64,000 nucleotides of DNA, taken from the NCBI GenBank assembly GCA_002269645.1, contig NIVC01000511.1:342023-406022 (forward strand), read 5' to 3'. Origin of the DNA: Macrostomum lignano (taxonomy: Eukaryota). The notes under the pieces are model-generated. The model was given only the letters and a program-made list of their open reading frames with translations, was not told where the DNA came from and did no database searches. Shown one piece after another: positions 52,701 to 64,000 of this stretch; the stretch's first letter is position 1; every line of letters begins with the position of its first letter. A program made the translations under genes and the position numbers.

Positions 52701-54644
52701 CCTTTCTTCAAGGTCTGCCATGGTCTCGATGATGACCCTCGTTCCCTGGTTGACCTCGGCTGCGGTCCCGATGACGGTGGTGTCGTCGGCGAACAATGAG
52801 CTCGTGATCTTGATTTCGACCGTCTCGTCGTTGCGGACACCAATTCTTTGCGGAGGTAGGCAGCTGCCTGGTCGGCGGACCCAGCGAATCCCGTGCACTT
52901 GTCCTGTTTCCTTCGCCAGAGTGGCTCGTCTCTCTTCAGCTAACCTCATGACTGCCTGGTGGAAGATATTAAAGAGTATTGGCGATGTGGCGCATCCTTC
53001 GCGGAGTCCCCGTTGCGGGTAAAACTCCGTGCTCCACTCATTATCACAAAGCACCTTGTACGCGGTAAATTCATGTAGGTCTTTAATCTTGTCAATCTTG
53101 TTCGCCGACGACACCACCGTCATTGGGACCGCAGCCGAGGTCAACCAGGGAACGAGGGTCATCATCGAGACCATGGCAGACCTTGAAGAAAGGACAAACG
53201 ACGATAAAGAAGAAAGAGCTACGCTAGGCACCGAGGATAGCGGAAACATCCGGATGCTCGGGACCTGGCTGGGAAGGAAGCAGGATATGACGCAAAGACT
53301 GAAACGAGCAGCCAAAGCATGGCACGGAACAAAGAACATGCTCCGGCGCACACGGCTGAGCAAGCGCACTCAAGCGCGCATTGTCGAAGCCTGCGTGGAA
53401 AGCACCATGCTGTTTAACGCCGGAGCGAGACCCTTCCAGAAATCCGAGGTCAAGAGAATGCAGCAAACAATGGACAGAAAGTACAGATACGTCTGGAGCG
53501 CGAAGACAAGACCACCGCTCATAGAAATGGAAGAGAAGGGAGTCAATATGTGGGACGTGCGCGCAGAACTCGGCATCAAGAGTATCAGCAACAAAATTGA
53601 AGCAGCGCACTGGAGGCGTATGGGCCACGTGCTCCGCCTACCCGACTCGAACCTAGCTAAGACGTGCATTCTAGGCTGGAATAAGACCTTGGAGGGCATC
53701 CGAAAAGCCAAGAAACGGAAGCAGACGATCGTCTCATATTGGAAGAAGATGCTCCGCGGGGCGAAGATCGACGAGCTAGACCTCGAGAGGATGGTGGCGG
53801 ACCGGACTGCATGGAAAGAACGAATAAAGAAACGCGAAAGAGAACATCATCATCATTATCATCATCATCATCATCATCATCTTCATCTTCATCTGGATTT
53901 CCCTCTCCAGAAAACTACCTGTGGTGCTCCACCACGCCGGGCAACTACTCGGGCAAATGGACTCGATGCCGCGAGCTCTCCCACCTGATGCCCTGCCGGT
54001 TCAACCGGCAGTCCAGCGGCATCGAGAGCCGGTGCATCTACCAGTCGCGCCAGTGGGTCTGCCAGACCGCCCGCGGAGATCGCCGAGTCTGCGACGAGAC
54101 CGAGTCCACCGAGGGCGGCAACGACCCGGGCAGGCCGTGCCACTTCCCATTCAAATACAACGGAGTGCGACACAGCGAGTGCTTGAAGCACAGCGCCGAA
54201 GGTGAGGACTACCTCTGGTGCGGCACCACGGCCAACTTCGATCGGGACCATCTGTGGACAATGTGCAAGCAGAAGACGGCTTTCAAACTAGAGGGTCTTC
54301 TGCTATTGCTGGTGGTTGTTGCCAGCGCTGTGCTCGGGGCCTGCGCTGTGGCCTACCTGGTCCACTGCCTGTGCGAGCACGGCAGGCCGCTGTGCCTGCG
54401 CCTGTGCTGCGCCACCCGACGGACTCGGCGGCAGGGCCCACGGCGGAGCCAGCGGAAGCCACTGTCGATCTGCGCCAGCGTCCCTTCGTCGGACGTTGAG
54501 CAGCCCGACGAGGACAAGCCGCCGCCTCCGCTGACTCCGACGGCGCCGCCGCCCTACGAAGAGGTTGCCGCGTTGTCAAGGCAACCAGTTGCCATAGCAC
54601 CCGTACACTACGATTTGGAACTCGACCTGGAAATCCATGATTAG
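49764..54644 (+). CDS. Type I membrane protein with fibronectin type II domains, 368 aa
   Basis: Exon 1 49764-50136 (phase 1 donor gtgagc) and exon 2 53911-54644 (ccag acceptor) sum to 1107 nt. Signal-like N-terminus; FN2 motifs CHFPFTYSG...LWCSTT...WTRC and CHFPFKYNG...LWCGTTANFD...WTMC plus two divergent units; TM LLLLLVVVASAVLGACAVAYLV; cytoplasmic PTAPPPY. Confidence 0.85.
50247..50430 (+). mobile_element. tRNA-derived SINE-like element in intron
   Basis: Starts GGGGCCG; A-box-like TAGCCCAAGTAG; perfect B-box GGTTCGATTCC (50299-50309); non-tRNA body; ends gataaataaa. No clean cloverleaf or TSD seen. Confidence 0.6.
51465..53097 (-). mobile_element. 5'-truncated non-LTR retrotransposon (RTE/RTEX/Proto2-like) with C-terminal C2H2 Zn fingers
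   Basis: RGLREGCATSPILFNIF, LFADDTTV, MLGTWL, RRMGHVLRL, then CRYEGC...HQRRMH, CPIC...HQKRC, CAQC...HRKTC and CPSC...HRRTC. Stop at 51528, short 3' UTR and (GAA)n tail. Confidence 0.92.
53098..53845 (+). mobile_element. Inverted duplicate of the same LINE segment (FADD to RERE)
   Basis: Reverse complement of 52049-52796; one mismatch seen (52770/53124) in the part compared. Confidence 0.93.
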
Positions 54645-55821
54645 CCAGCACTAGAAAAACACAAGCAGCAACTTCAGTTACAAAATTACCCACAATTTTG
54701 AGCGTGTCACCAGAGTCTTGATTCATGTACATTTTTATATAGTAGTTAATTTAGAAGTTCTTTAAGCAGAACTCCAGTGCATTTTTATCCTTTCCAAAAT
54801 ATACAATTTTTATCATCCAGAACTGTTTAGCAAGTACATACACAGCACCCAAGCAATCTGACAACCTATTCCTATTGACTGTTCGTTGAGCTTCTCGTCA
54901 TCCGATAGATGCCGGAATAGAATTACATTCCAGCCTGTGACTCCCCCCCCCTGCCCGCCCATGAAACTGGGGAACTGGGGCAGGGGATCGGGGCAGTCCA
55001 CGGGGATAAGGGAAGGCAAAGGTGTTAAGCGCACGAAGCGAGGGAGAACAGAGGAGAAAAGAATTATGCATGGGGCGTCTCACTGCTGCTTGAGTCTTTG
55101 GGCTGTAATCCCCATCCAGCCTATCGATTTAACTCATCTTCCGCTCTCGTTTCTCCCCCCACGGCGCCTCTCCCCTCTCCTTTCTGTATTCTTACCTCTC
55201 TGCCCCCCAGATCCCAGGGCGAGAATCAATGACTCTACATACTGACTCGCATTTCAGACTGCTCCCAGGACCCGCCCAAAACACGGCAGCATGCAGTCTT
55301 GCATTCTCTGCTTCCGGCTTGTTGCAATAAACACCCCAGCCGCGGGCAGAAATGCTCTGGTCAATTAGCAATCTCGTCCCAGATTTGTCTCCAATTCGGC
55401 TCCAGAGGCCAGCGTACAGCCGAGGCTTTGGGCTTCTCTCGTCTCGACGAATAGGGAGAATTTCCCCTAGAAGAAGCATGCCGACCTCAACTTTCTCCAT
55501 TTCGGACTGAGATTCATTTCGACGTCGACAAGGAGGGGCCGAAGGAAGGAGGGGCAGAGGCGGGTGATTTACACCGAGAGACAGGCAGGGGGGACAAGCA
55601 GAGAAAGCTTGGGTGGCAACACGGCAATAATGAACTCGCACTGTGAGCAGACAAAAAAGATTTGGTTTTGTACTTTTAAGACAGTTCCATTTCAAACTGC
55701 CTGCTTTTGCCCAGCGGCTCTGCTTCTTGGGATAACGCTGGCTTGAAAATAGAAATTCTAGGTGCAAAATTCTTTCTTTCTTTTGAGAAAAAGATTTTTC
55801 AAAAATACAATATCCGATATT

Positions 55822-56155
55822 TGATAGGGTGAGACTTATGATAGGATGAGATTTTATAGGGTGAGATTTGATCATTTAAGATTATATTGGGTGAGATTTG
55901 ATATAGGGTGAGATTTGATATTGGGTGAGATTTGATATAGGGTGAGATTTGATAGGGTGAGATTTGATAGGGTGAGATTTGATAGGGTGAGATTTGATAG
56001 GGTGAGATTTGATAGGGTGAGATTTAATAGGGTGAGATCTGATAGGGTGAGATTTGGTAGGGTGAGATTTAATAGGGTGAGATCTGATAGGGTGAGATTT
56101 GGTAGGGTGAGATTTAATAGGGTGAGATCTGATAGGGTGAGATTTGGTAGGGTAA
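55822..56155. repeat. 15-bp minisatellite (gatagggtgagattt)
   Basis: About 20 copies with variants. Confidence 0.93.
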
Positions 56156-57034
56156 GTTTTCATTGAATGAGATTTGAAGAGACTGAGATTTTGAGAGAGT
56201 CTCATAGGAGAGATCGAAGTTGGAAATTCAGACGACAAGAGAGTTGACGACAAGAATAAGCACGCTATCGCAAAGGATATGGAGAGGTCCGGAATTCCAG
56301 TGCCACCAGATTAGCTTCTTCAGGGAGTAAGCACCCGTAAAAGACTCAGACGACGAGAAAGCAAGTTTGGAGTTTCATAACTAGATGAAAAGATGAAAGA
56401 AGAGCGGAGCAGTGGGGAGGCTGTATAGACGCTGCTATTGAATGGCGGGCGTACAAAGGGTTGACTGAGTAAGGTAGCGATGAGGCAAAAAAGTTGAGCA
56501 CATCCCCGAGCTCTGATCGGCATCAAAGAGAAATTCTCTACGCTCGAGCGGCTGACTGGCTTTCGCCTCCGCTGATCAAAAAGCTGCATGCCACATCCCT
56601 TCTTATCCAGGCAGGAACTGGAGATGCGACTGGGAAACAATGCAGGGGAAAGGGCGGTGCACTTCTTGCCATATTTAATGGTAATATCGATAATGGATTC
56701 GATCCCGATGGCAAACATCTATATGCTTGCCATTGTGCTTGCCATGGTTGGCCTATCGATTCACATCTGGCTCAGTTTGATCCAATGCTCATTGAGTATG
56801 TTTGCTCACTGTGAGGGCAGGGGACTGCGCTCCGGACTCCGGGGACAGGGAGTTTGCACAAGTTGCTTTGAATAAAAAGCTGCATTGAGCTGTTGACCAG
56901 CTGGGTGCGGAGAATGGGATCGACAGTCTGAGGGTATGGAATTTTATCATGTTTTCATATACATGTATAGTGTCAGATGGACACAGTCATAGAGAGTCAC
57001 TGAGAGTCAAAGTTCGCAATATGATTCACAGAGT

Positions 57035-60000
57035 GTCATAGACAGCTAAACTGAGTGACAGGGTCATAGACAGCTAAACTGAGTGACAGGGTCATAGACA
57101 GCTAAACTGAGTGACAGGGTCATAGACAGCTAAACTGAGTGGCAGGGTCATAGACAGCTAAACTGAGTGGCAGGGTCATAGACAGCTAAACTGAGTGGCA
57201 GGGTCATAGACAGCTAAACTGAGTGGCAGGGTCATAGACAGCTAAACTGAGTGACAGGGTCATAGACAGCTAAACTGAGTGGCAGGGTCATAGACAGCTA
57301 AACTGAGTGGTAGGGTCATAGACAGCTAAACTGAGTGACAGGGTCATAGACAGCTAAACTGAGTGACAGGGTCATATACAGCTAAACTGAGTGGCAGGGT
57401 CATAGACAGCTAAACTGAGTGACAGGGTCATAGACAGCTAAACTGAGTGACAGGGTCATAGACAGCTAAACTGAGTGACAGGGTCATAGACAGCTAAACT
57501 GAGTGACAGGGTCATAGACAGCTAAACTGAGTGACAGGGTCGTAGACAGCTAAACTGAGTGACAGGGTCATAGACAGCTAAACTGAGTGGCAGGGTCATA
57601 GACAGCTAAACTGAGTGGCAGGGTCATAGACAGCTAAACTGAGTGACAGGGTCATAGACAGCTAAACGGAGTGACAGGGTCATAGACAGCTAAACGGAGT
57701 GACAGGGTCATATACAGCTAAACTGAGTGACAGGGTCATATACAGCTAAACTGAGTGACAGGGTCATATACAGCTAAACTGAGTGACAGGGTCATAGACA
57801 GCTAAACTGAGTGACAGGGTCATAGACAGCTAAACTGAGTGACAGAGCTAGAGTCATAGACAGCTAAACTGAGTGACAGGGTCATAGACAGCTAAACTGA
57901 GTGACAGAGCTAGAGTCATAGACAGCTAAGCTGAGTGACAGGGTCATAGACAGCTAAACTGAGTGACAGAGCTAGAGTCATAGACAGATAAACTGAGTGA
58001 CAAAGCTAGAGTCATAGACAGATAAACTGAGTGACAAAGCTAGAGTCATAGACAGATAAACTGAGTGACAAAGCTAGAGTCATAGACAGATAAACTGAGT
58101 GACAAAGCTAGAGTCATAGACAGATAAACTGAGTGACAAAGCTAGAGTCATAGACAGATAAACTGAGTGACAAAGCTAGAGTCATAGACAGATAAACTGA
58201 GTGACAAAGCTAGAGTCATAGACAGATAAACTGAGTGACAAAGCTAGAGTCATAGACAGATAAACTGAGTGACAAAGCTAGAGTCATAGACAGATAAACT
58301 GAGTGACAAAGCTAGAGTCATAGACAGATAAACTGAGTGACAAAGCTAGAGTCATAGACAGATAAACTGAGTGACAAAGCTAGAGTCATAGACAGATAAA
58401 CTGAGTGACAAAGCTAGAGTCATAGACAGATAAACTGAGTGACAAAGCTAGAGTCATAGACAGATAAACTGAGTGACAAAGCTAGAGTCATAGACAGCTA
58501 AACTGAGTGACAGGGTCATAGACAGCTAAACTGAGTGACAGAGCTAGAGTCATAGACAGCTAAGCTGAGTGACAGGGTCATAGACAGCTAAACTGAGTGA
58601 CAGAGCTAGAGTCATAGACAGATAAACTGAGTGACAAAGCTAGAGTCATAGACAGATAAACTGAGTGACAAAGCTAGAGTCATAGACAGATAAACTGAGT
58701 GACAAAGCTAGAGTCATAGACAGATAAACTGAGTGACAAAGCTAGAGTCATAGACAGCTAAGCTGAGTGACAGGGTCATAGACAGCTAAACTGAGTGACA
58801 AAGCTAGAGTCATAGACAGATAAACTGAGTGACAAAGCTAGAGTCATAGACAGATAAACTGAGTGACAAAGCTAGAGTCATAGACAGATAAACTGAGTGA
58901 CAAAGCTAGAGTCATAGACAGATAAACTGAGTGACAAAGCTAGAGTCATAGACAGATAAACTGAGTGACAAAGCTAGAGTCATAGACAGATAAACTGAGT
59001 GACAAAGCTAGAGTCATAGACAGATAAACTGAGTGACAGGGTCATAGACAGCTAAACTGAGTGACAGAGCTAGAGTCATAGACAGCTAAGCTGAGTGACA
59101 GGGTCATAGACAGCTAAACTGAGTGACAGAGCTAGAGTCATAGACAGATAAACTGAGTGACAAAGCTAGAGTCATAGACAGATAAACTGAGTGACAAAGC
59201 TAGAGTCATAGACAGATAAACTGAGTGACAAAGCTAGAGTCATAGACAGATAAACTGAGTGACAAAGCTAGAGTCATAGACAGATAAACTGAGTGACAAA
59301 GCTAGAGTCATAGACAGATAAACTGAGTGACAAAGCTAGAGTCATAGACAGATAAACTGAGTGACAAAGCTAGAGTCATAGACAGATAAACTGAGTGACA
59401 AAGCTAGAGTCATAGACAGATAAACTGAGTGACAAAGCTAGAGTCATAGACAGATAAACTGAGTGACAAAGCTAGAGTCATAGACAGATAAACTGAGTGA
59501 CAAAGCTAGAGTCATAGACAGATAAACTGAGTGACAAAGCTAGAGTCATAGACAGATAAACTGAGTGACAAAGCTAGAGTCATAGACAGATAAACTGAGT
59601 GACAAAGCTAGAGTCATAGACAGATAAACTGAGTGACAAAGCTAGAGTCATAGACAGATAAACTGAGTGACAAAGCTAGAGTCATAGACAGATAAACTGA
59701 GTGACAAAGCTAGAGTCATAGACAGATAAACTGAGTGACAAAGCTAGAGTCATAGACAGATAAACTGAGTGACAAAGCTAGAGTCATAGACAGATAAACT
59801 GAGTGACAAAGCTAGAGTCATAGACAGATAAACTGAGTGACAAAGCTAGAGTCATAGACAGATAAACTGAGTGACAAAGCTAGAGTCATAGACAGATAAA
59901 CTGAGTGACAAAGCTAGAGTCATAGACAGATAAACTGAGTGACAAAGCTAGAGTCATAGACAGATAAACTGAGTGACAAAGCTAGAGTCATAGACAGATA

Positions 60001-60243
60001 AACTGAGTGACAAAGCTAGAGTCATAGACAGATAAACTGAGTGACAAAGCTAGAGTCATAGACAGATAAACTGAGTGACAAAGCTAGAGTCATAGACAGA
60101 TAAACTGAGTGACAAAGCTAGAGTCATAGACAGATAAACTGAGTGACAGAGCTAGAGTCATAGACAGCTAAACTGAGTGACAGAGCTAGAGTCATAGACA
60201 GCTAAGCTGAGTGACAGGGTCATAGACAGCTAAACTGAGTGAC
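57035..60243. repeat. 28/34-bp composite satellite (catagacagctaaactgagtgacagggt / catagacagataaactgagtgacaaagctagagt)
   Basis: A 3.2-kb array: a 28-mer block, then homogeneous 34-mer blocks separated by mixed units. Confidence 0.97.
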
Positions 60244-61117
60244 ATAAGCCGCTATCCATAAATAGTCATGAAACCGCTGCAATGAGTCACAAAGAGTGAT
60301 AGTCAGCTGCAACGAGTCACACAGAGTCATGGACAACTAAAATGAGTCACAAAGAGTCATGGACAGCTATAATTTACGCAAGGCATTCCAAAGTAGCAAT
60401 GCCTTTCAGACTCAAGTCTCAGTATTGTCAAGTTAACAACAGTAAGCAAAGCAGCAAAAAGTGCTGTGAAAGCAAAATTCGTTGCGAAAGAAACACTCTC
60501 GATTCCAAGGTAGTTCCTCTCGACAACGAACATAGAAAACTCTCGAAAAATTCTAAAAAGCGGTGGCCTTATGAATTAAAAGGAAACAGCCCCATTCACC
60601 CAGTGGCTGAGTGGGGGTCTGCGAGCGGCGGCAGAAAAGAAGAGACGAAGAAGCCGGAAAAGCTATCGGAGGAGGCGGGAGAATCTATGAGAGAATTTTT
60701 TGGCCCGGTCATGCCTGAAATTGCTAAACCCTCTCTCCTCCTCTGTCTCGCTCTCTTCCTCATGAGCGGCCGAGAAGGTCGGCTCGAGACGAAAATTGCA
60801 CAGCCTCAACCAACTGATAGGGAAAAGTGAGTTCGCATTGGCGGTTGGCTGAAATGGGCCCTCAAGCCTTCTAAGACTCCTAATTCTTTATTTGCTACTT
60901 TCCGTCTCTCTCTCTCCCGACACCGTCACCTCTGGCCGAGGCTAATCAGCTTAACAAGCTGGGGCTCCGGCTTATCTGCTCAGGCTGGTTGTCCCCTCTG
61001 AAATGAACTGACTGATTTACTGACCCAAATCAGGCTGACATTTCTCAAGGCCCCAGAATTGCTGCAGCTGTTTCAGTCCTTGGCGGTTTATTTTCATCTC
61101 CATTGTTGCAGTGTCTG

Positions 61118-61645
61118 CCCCTATGAGACTCTCCCTATGAGACTCTCCATATCAGACTCTCCCTATGAGACTCTCCATATCAGACTCTCCCTATGAGACT
61201 TCCATATCAGACTCTCCCTATGAGACTCTCCATATCAGACTCTCCCTATGAGACTCTCCATATCAGACTCTCCCTATGAGACTTCCATATCAGACTCTCC
61301 CTATGAGACTCTCCATATCAGACTCTCCCTATGAGACTCTCCATATCAGACTCTCCCTATGAGACTCTCCCTATGAGACTCTCCCTATGAGACTCTCCAT
61401 ATCAGACTCTCCCTATGAGACTCTCCCTATGAGACTCTGTCTATTAGACTCTGTCTATGAGACTCTCCCTATGAGACTATACCTTACAAGAACCTCCCTA
61501 TGAGACGCTCCCAATGAGACTCTACCTACGAGACTCTCCCTATGAGACTCTACCTTACAAGACTCTCCCTATGAGACTCTCCCTTTGAGACTTTCCCAAT
61601 CAGACTCTCCCTTTGAGACTTTCCCAATCAGACTCTCCCTTTGAT
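61118..61645. repeat. 14-bp-based minisatellite (gagactctccctat, 28-bp dimers)
   Basis: Alternating gagactctccctat / cagactctccatat-type units, degenerating on the right. Confidence 0.92.
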
Positions 61646-62592
61646 CCCTATCCCAGACTCCCTATCTACCGCACAATCTGCTAATGGCATAATATGTAAG
61701 CCTTAAGACAGTAACTAAAGGGGTGCCACCACCGCTGGATCCTTCGGAGCTCTTGACTTCGTTATTTCAATCGTTTGCTGCACAATTCCGCTCAGAAGAC
61801 CTCTAAGCAATAAAAAAGCAGAGAGAGAGATGCAAATCGAATCGAAGCCTCCCAGCAATTTGAAAGGAACTGGAGATGGGCGGGGGAAGTCCGAGGGTCA
61901 GTCAGCGCGGGGTATCGGATGACAACTGAGCATGTCTGAATGCAGTTTCAAGGGCAGACTCGGCCTCTAGGAGAAATTCGTTTCTGAAACAACGCCATAA
62001 AAGACTATGGAGAGCGCTGGATTGCAGTGAGGTAGAGAGAGTCGAGAAGGCTGCAGCTGAGCGAAATATATAATTATAAATGCAAAAGATATACTTTGGG
62101 GTGCGGCTAAGATTGCCTGCGATTCTCCATCCTCTCTCTCTTCTTGCTGGCGCAGTTGAGCAGTCTCAGATAAGAAAGAGATGAATGAGATTGAAAGGGA
62201 GGCAGACCCGAACCACAGAAACTTCCCTTCCTCATTCACTTGCATTCGCTGCAGAAAAATAGGATTGAAGAAAAAAAACTGATAGCCGGGTTATTAATAA
62301 GAGATGATGGCGGGCGTCGGGCTCTCACCTCAGCATCCTTATCTGCCTACATGCATGACTGCTAGTCTGACTTCGCTCTGCTTTTTGTTCCAGAAAAACT
62401 CCAACTCGCAAGATATCTGAGTTTCCTATTCAGAACACTGCTAGAATACTTGGATGTGAAGTCAACTTTATACTCAATGAGTACTACTCAAATAGACAAA
62501 CTCAAGTTTCTGGCACATTTTATTCGTCTGAAATGCACTTTTAAACTTTGTGTAAGTAGATAGCGAAATGAGGGTGGATACTGGGCTTTGGG

Positions 62593-63017
62593 CATAGCAC
62601 ACACACACTGAATGAGCTGTGAGCACAGCACACACACACTCAATGAGCTGTGAGCACAGTCAACACACACACTGAATGAGCTGTGAGCATAGCACACACA
62701 CACTCAATGAGCTGTGAGCACAGTCAACACACACACTGAATGAGCTGTGAGCATAGCACACACACACTGAATGAGCTGTGAGCATAGCACACACACACTG
62801 AATGAGCTGTGAGCAAAGCAAACACACACTGAATGAGCTGTGAGCACAGTCAACACACACACTGAATGAGCTGTGAGCACAGTCAACACACACACACTGA
62901 ATGAGCTGTGAGCACAGTCAACACACACACTGAATGAGCTGTGAGCACAGTCAACACACACACACAATCAACTGTGAGCATAGCACACACACACACACAC
63001 AATCAACTGTGAGCATA
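62593..63017. repeat. ~30-34-bp minisatellite (cacacacactgaatgagctgtgagcatag)
   Basis: About 13 copies with a variable (CA)n part. Confidence 0.92.
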
Positions 63018-63582
63018 GCAGCTCAAAGAAGCTCATGGCAGCTCACAATAAATATAGGTTTCTACCACAAAAATGAAGAGCTGAAGTTCGCCATTACCAA
63101 CCATGCCAGGTATGGCGTGTATCGTTGCACAGGAGCCACAGGCAGTCAAGTTGGATAATCAATTCTCAGTAAGAAGTCTTCTAAGAATTTTAGCCACCCA
63201 GCTGCTTCCACCGCATTTAGCAGTCAAGGTGCACCGGTAGCGCCATCAATTATTAAACAGCGCCTTGCCATCTGCCTTAAGGGAGAGGTAAACATCGACC
63301 CATGCATGAGCCCGGCTCTGAGTACAGCTCAGGGTCTTAGCTACCACAATTGCAACAGGTTAAAAAAGCTGCAGCACTAGACCTGTAGAAGAAGCAGACA
63401 AGATCCGTCTTTTGCTTGACTAGCTTGAAGAAGAAGAAATTTCTCAACAAAAAAGTCAGTGAAGTATTGAGCCCGAGAATGAGTAGTCAGGCTTTGACAT
63501 GAAGTTGAAAGTCTTCACCGACTGTACTCAAATGCTTCCTACTTATTTTATTTTTCTGTCTTTGAGGATATGCTGGCTGAGG

Positions 63583-64000
63583 GTGCTGTCTTTGAGGTTG
63601 TGCTGTCTTTGAGGTTGTGCTGTCTTTGAGGTTGTACTGTCTTTATGGTTGTGCTGTCTTTATGGTTGTGCTGTCTTTGAGGTTGTGCTGTCTTTATGGT
63701 TGTGCTGTCTTTATGGTTGTGCTGTCTTTGAGGTTGTGCTGTCTTTATGGTTGTGCTGTCTTTGAGGCTTTGCTGTCTTTATGGTTCTGCTGTCTTTGAG
63801 GTTGTGCTGCCTTTGAGGTTGTGCTGTCTTTGAGGTTGTGCTGTCTTTATGGTTGTGCTGTCTTTATGGTTGTGCTGTCTTTATGGTTGTGCTGTCTTTA
63901 TGGTTGTGCTGTCTTTATGGTTGTGCTGTCTTTATGGTTGTGCTGTCTTTATGGTTGTGCTGTCTTTATGGTTGTGCTGTCTTTATGGTTGTGCTGTCTT
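63583..64000. repeat. 17-bp minisatellite (gctgtctttatggttgt), runs off the window
   Basis: More than 23 copies in two main variants (gagg/atgg). Confidence 0.95.

Noticed and set aside
51528-53369. 613-aa ORF treated as a whole protein
   Set aside because: Its first ~90 aa are antisense read-through of the inverted arm; only the part from ~53097 down is LINE ORF.
55192-56875. ORFs 55192-55875 and 56320-56875
   Set aside because: No motifs; partly derived from repeats or low-complexity sequence; probably UTR or intron.
60688-63110. Possible plus-strand gene (signal-like exon 60688-60826 with gtgagt donor; candidate exons ~62394 and ~63057)
   Set aside because: Splice signals are plausible, but the frame and product could not be established.

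Overview
Repeat-rich animal genomic DNA with spliceosomal GT-AG introns, no operons and no CRISPR. The LINE family and many intronic minisatellites suggest the flatworm Macrostomum, but that assignment is my inference. Three host genes could be reconstructed with phase-consistent splice sites: an 8-exon coiled-coil gene (+, 18493-22706), ILF2/NF45 (-, 23337-25726) and a 2-exon FN2-domain single-pass membrane protein (+, 49764-54644). The rest is mobile elements and about 15 unrelated tandem arrays. Mobile elements: a decayed Ngaro/DIRS-like tyrosine-recombinase retroelement; a young intact Mag-like Ty3/gypsy element (296-bp LTRs, 5-bp TSD) inside a 21-bp minisatellite; two copies of a hAT-type MITE inside a 29-bp satellite; a dead THAP/P-element transposon with 44-bp TIRs; a maT (DD37D) fossil; RTE-like LINE fragments; a dead hAT-like DDE transposase gene; a tRNA-derived SINE; and a LINE fold-back that makes a ~748-bp intronic inverted repeat. 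A decayed B-box/BEN-like gene contains four paralogous introns. The most notable pattern is that nonsense mutations in several unrelated dead genes are mostly C|TAG|G/C, alongside CpG decay, suggesting a CCAG/CTGG-directed C>T process. All comparisons were done by eye; no searches were run.
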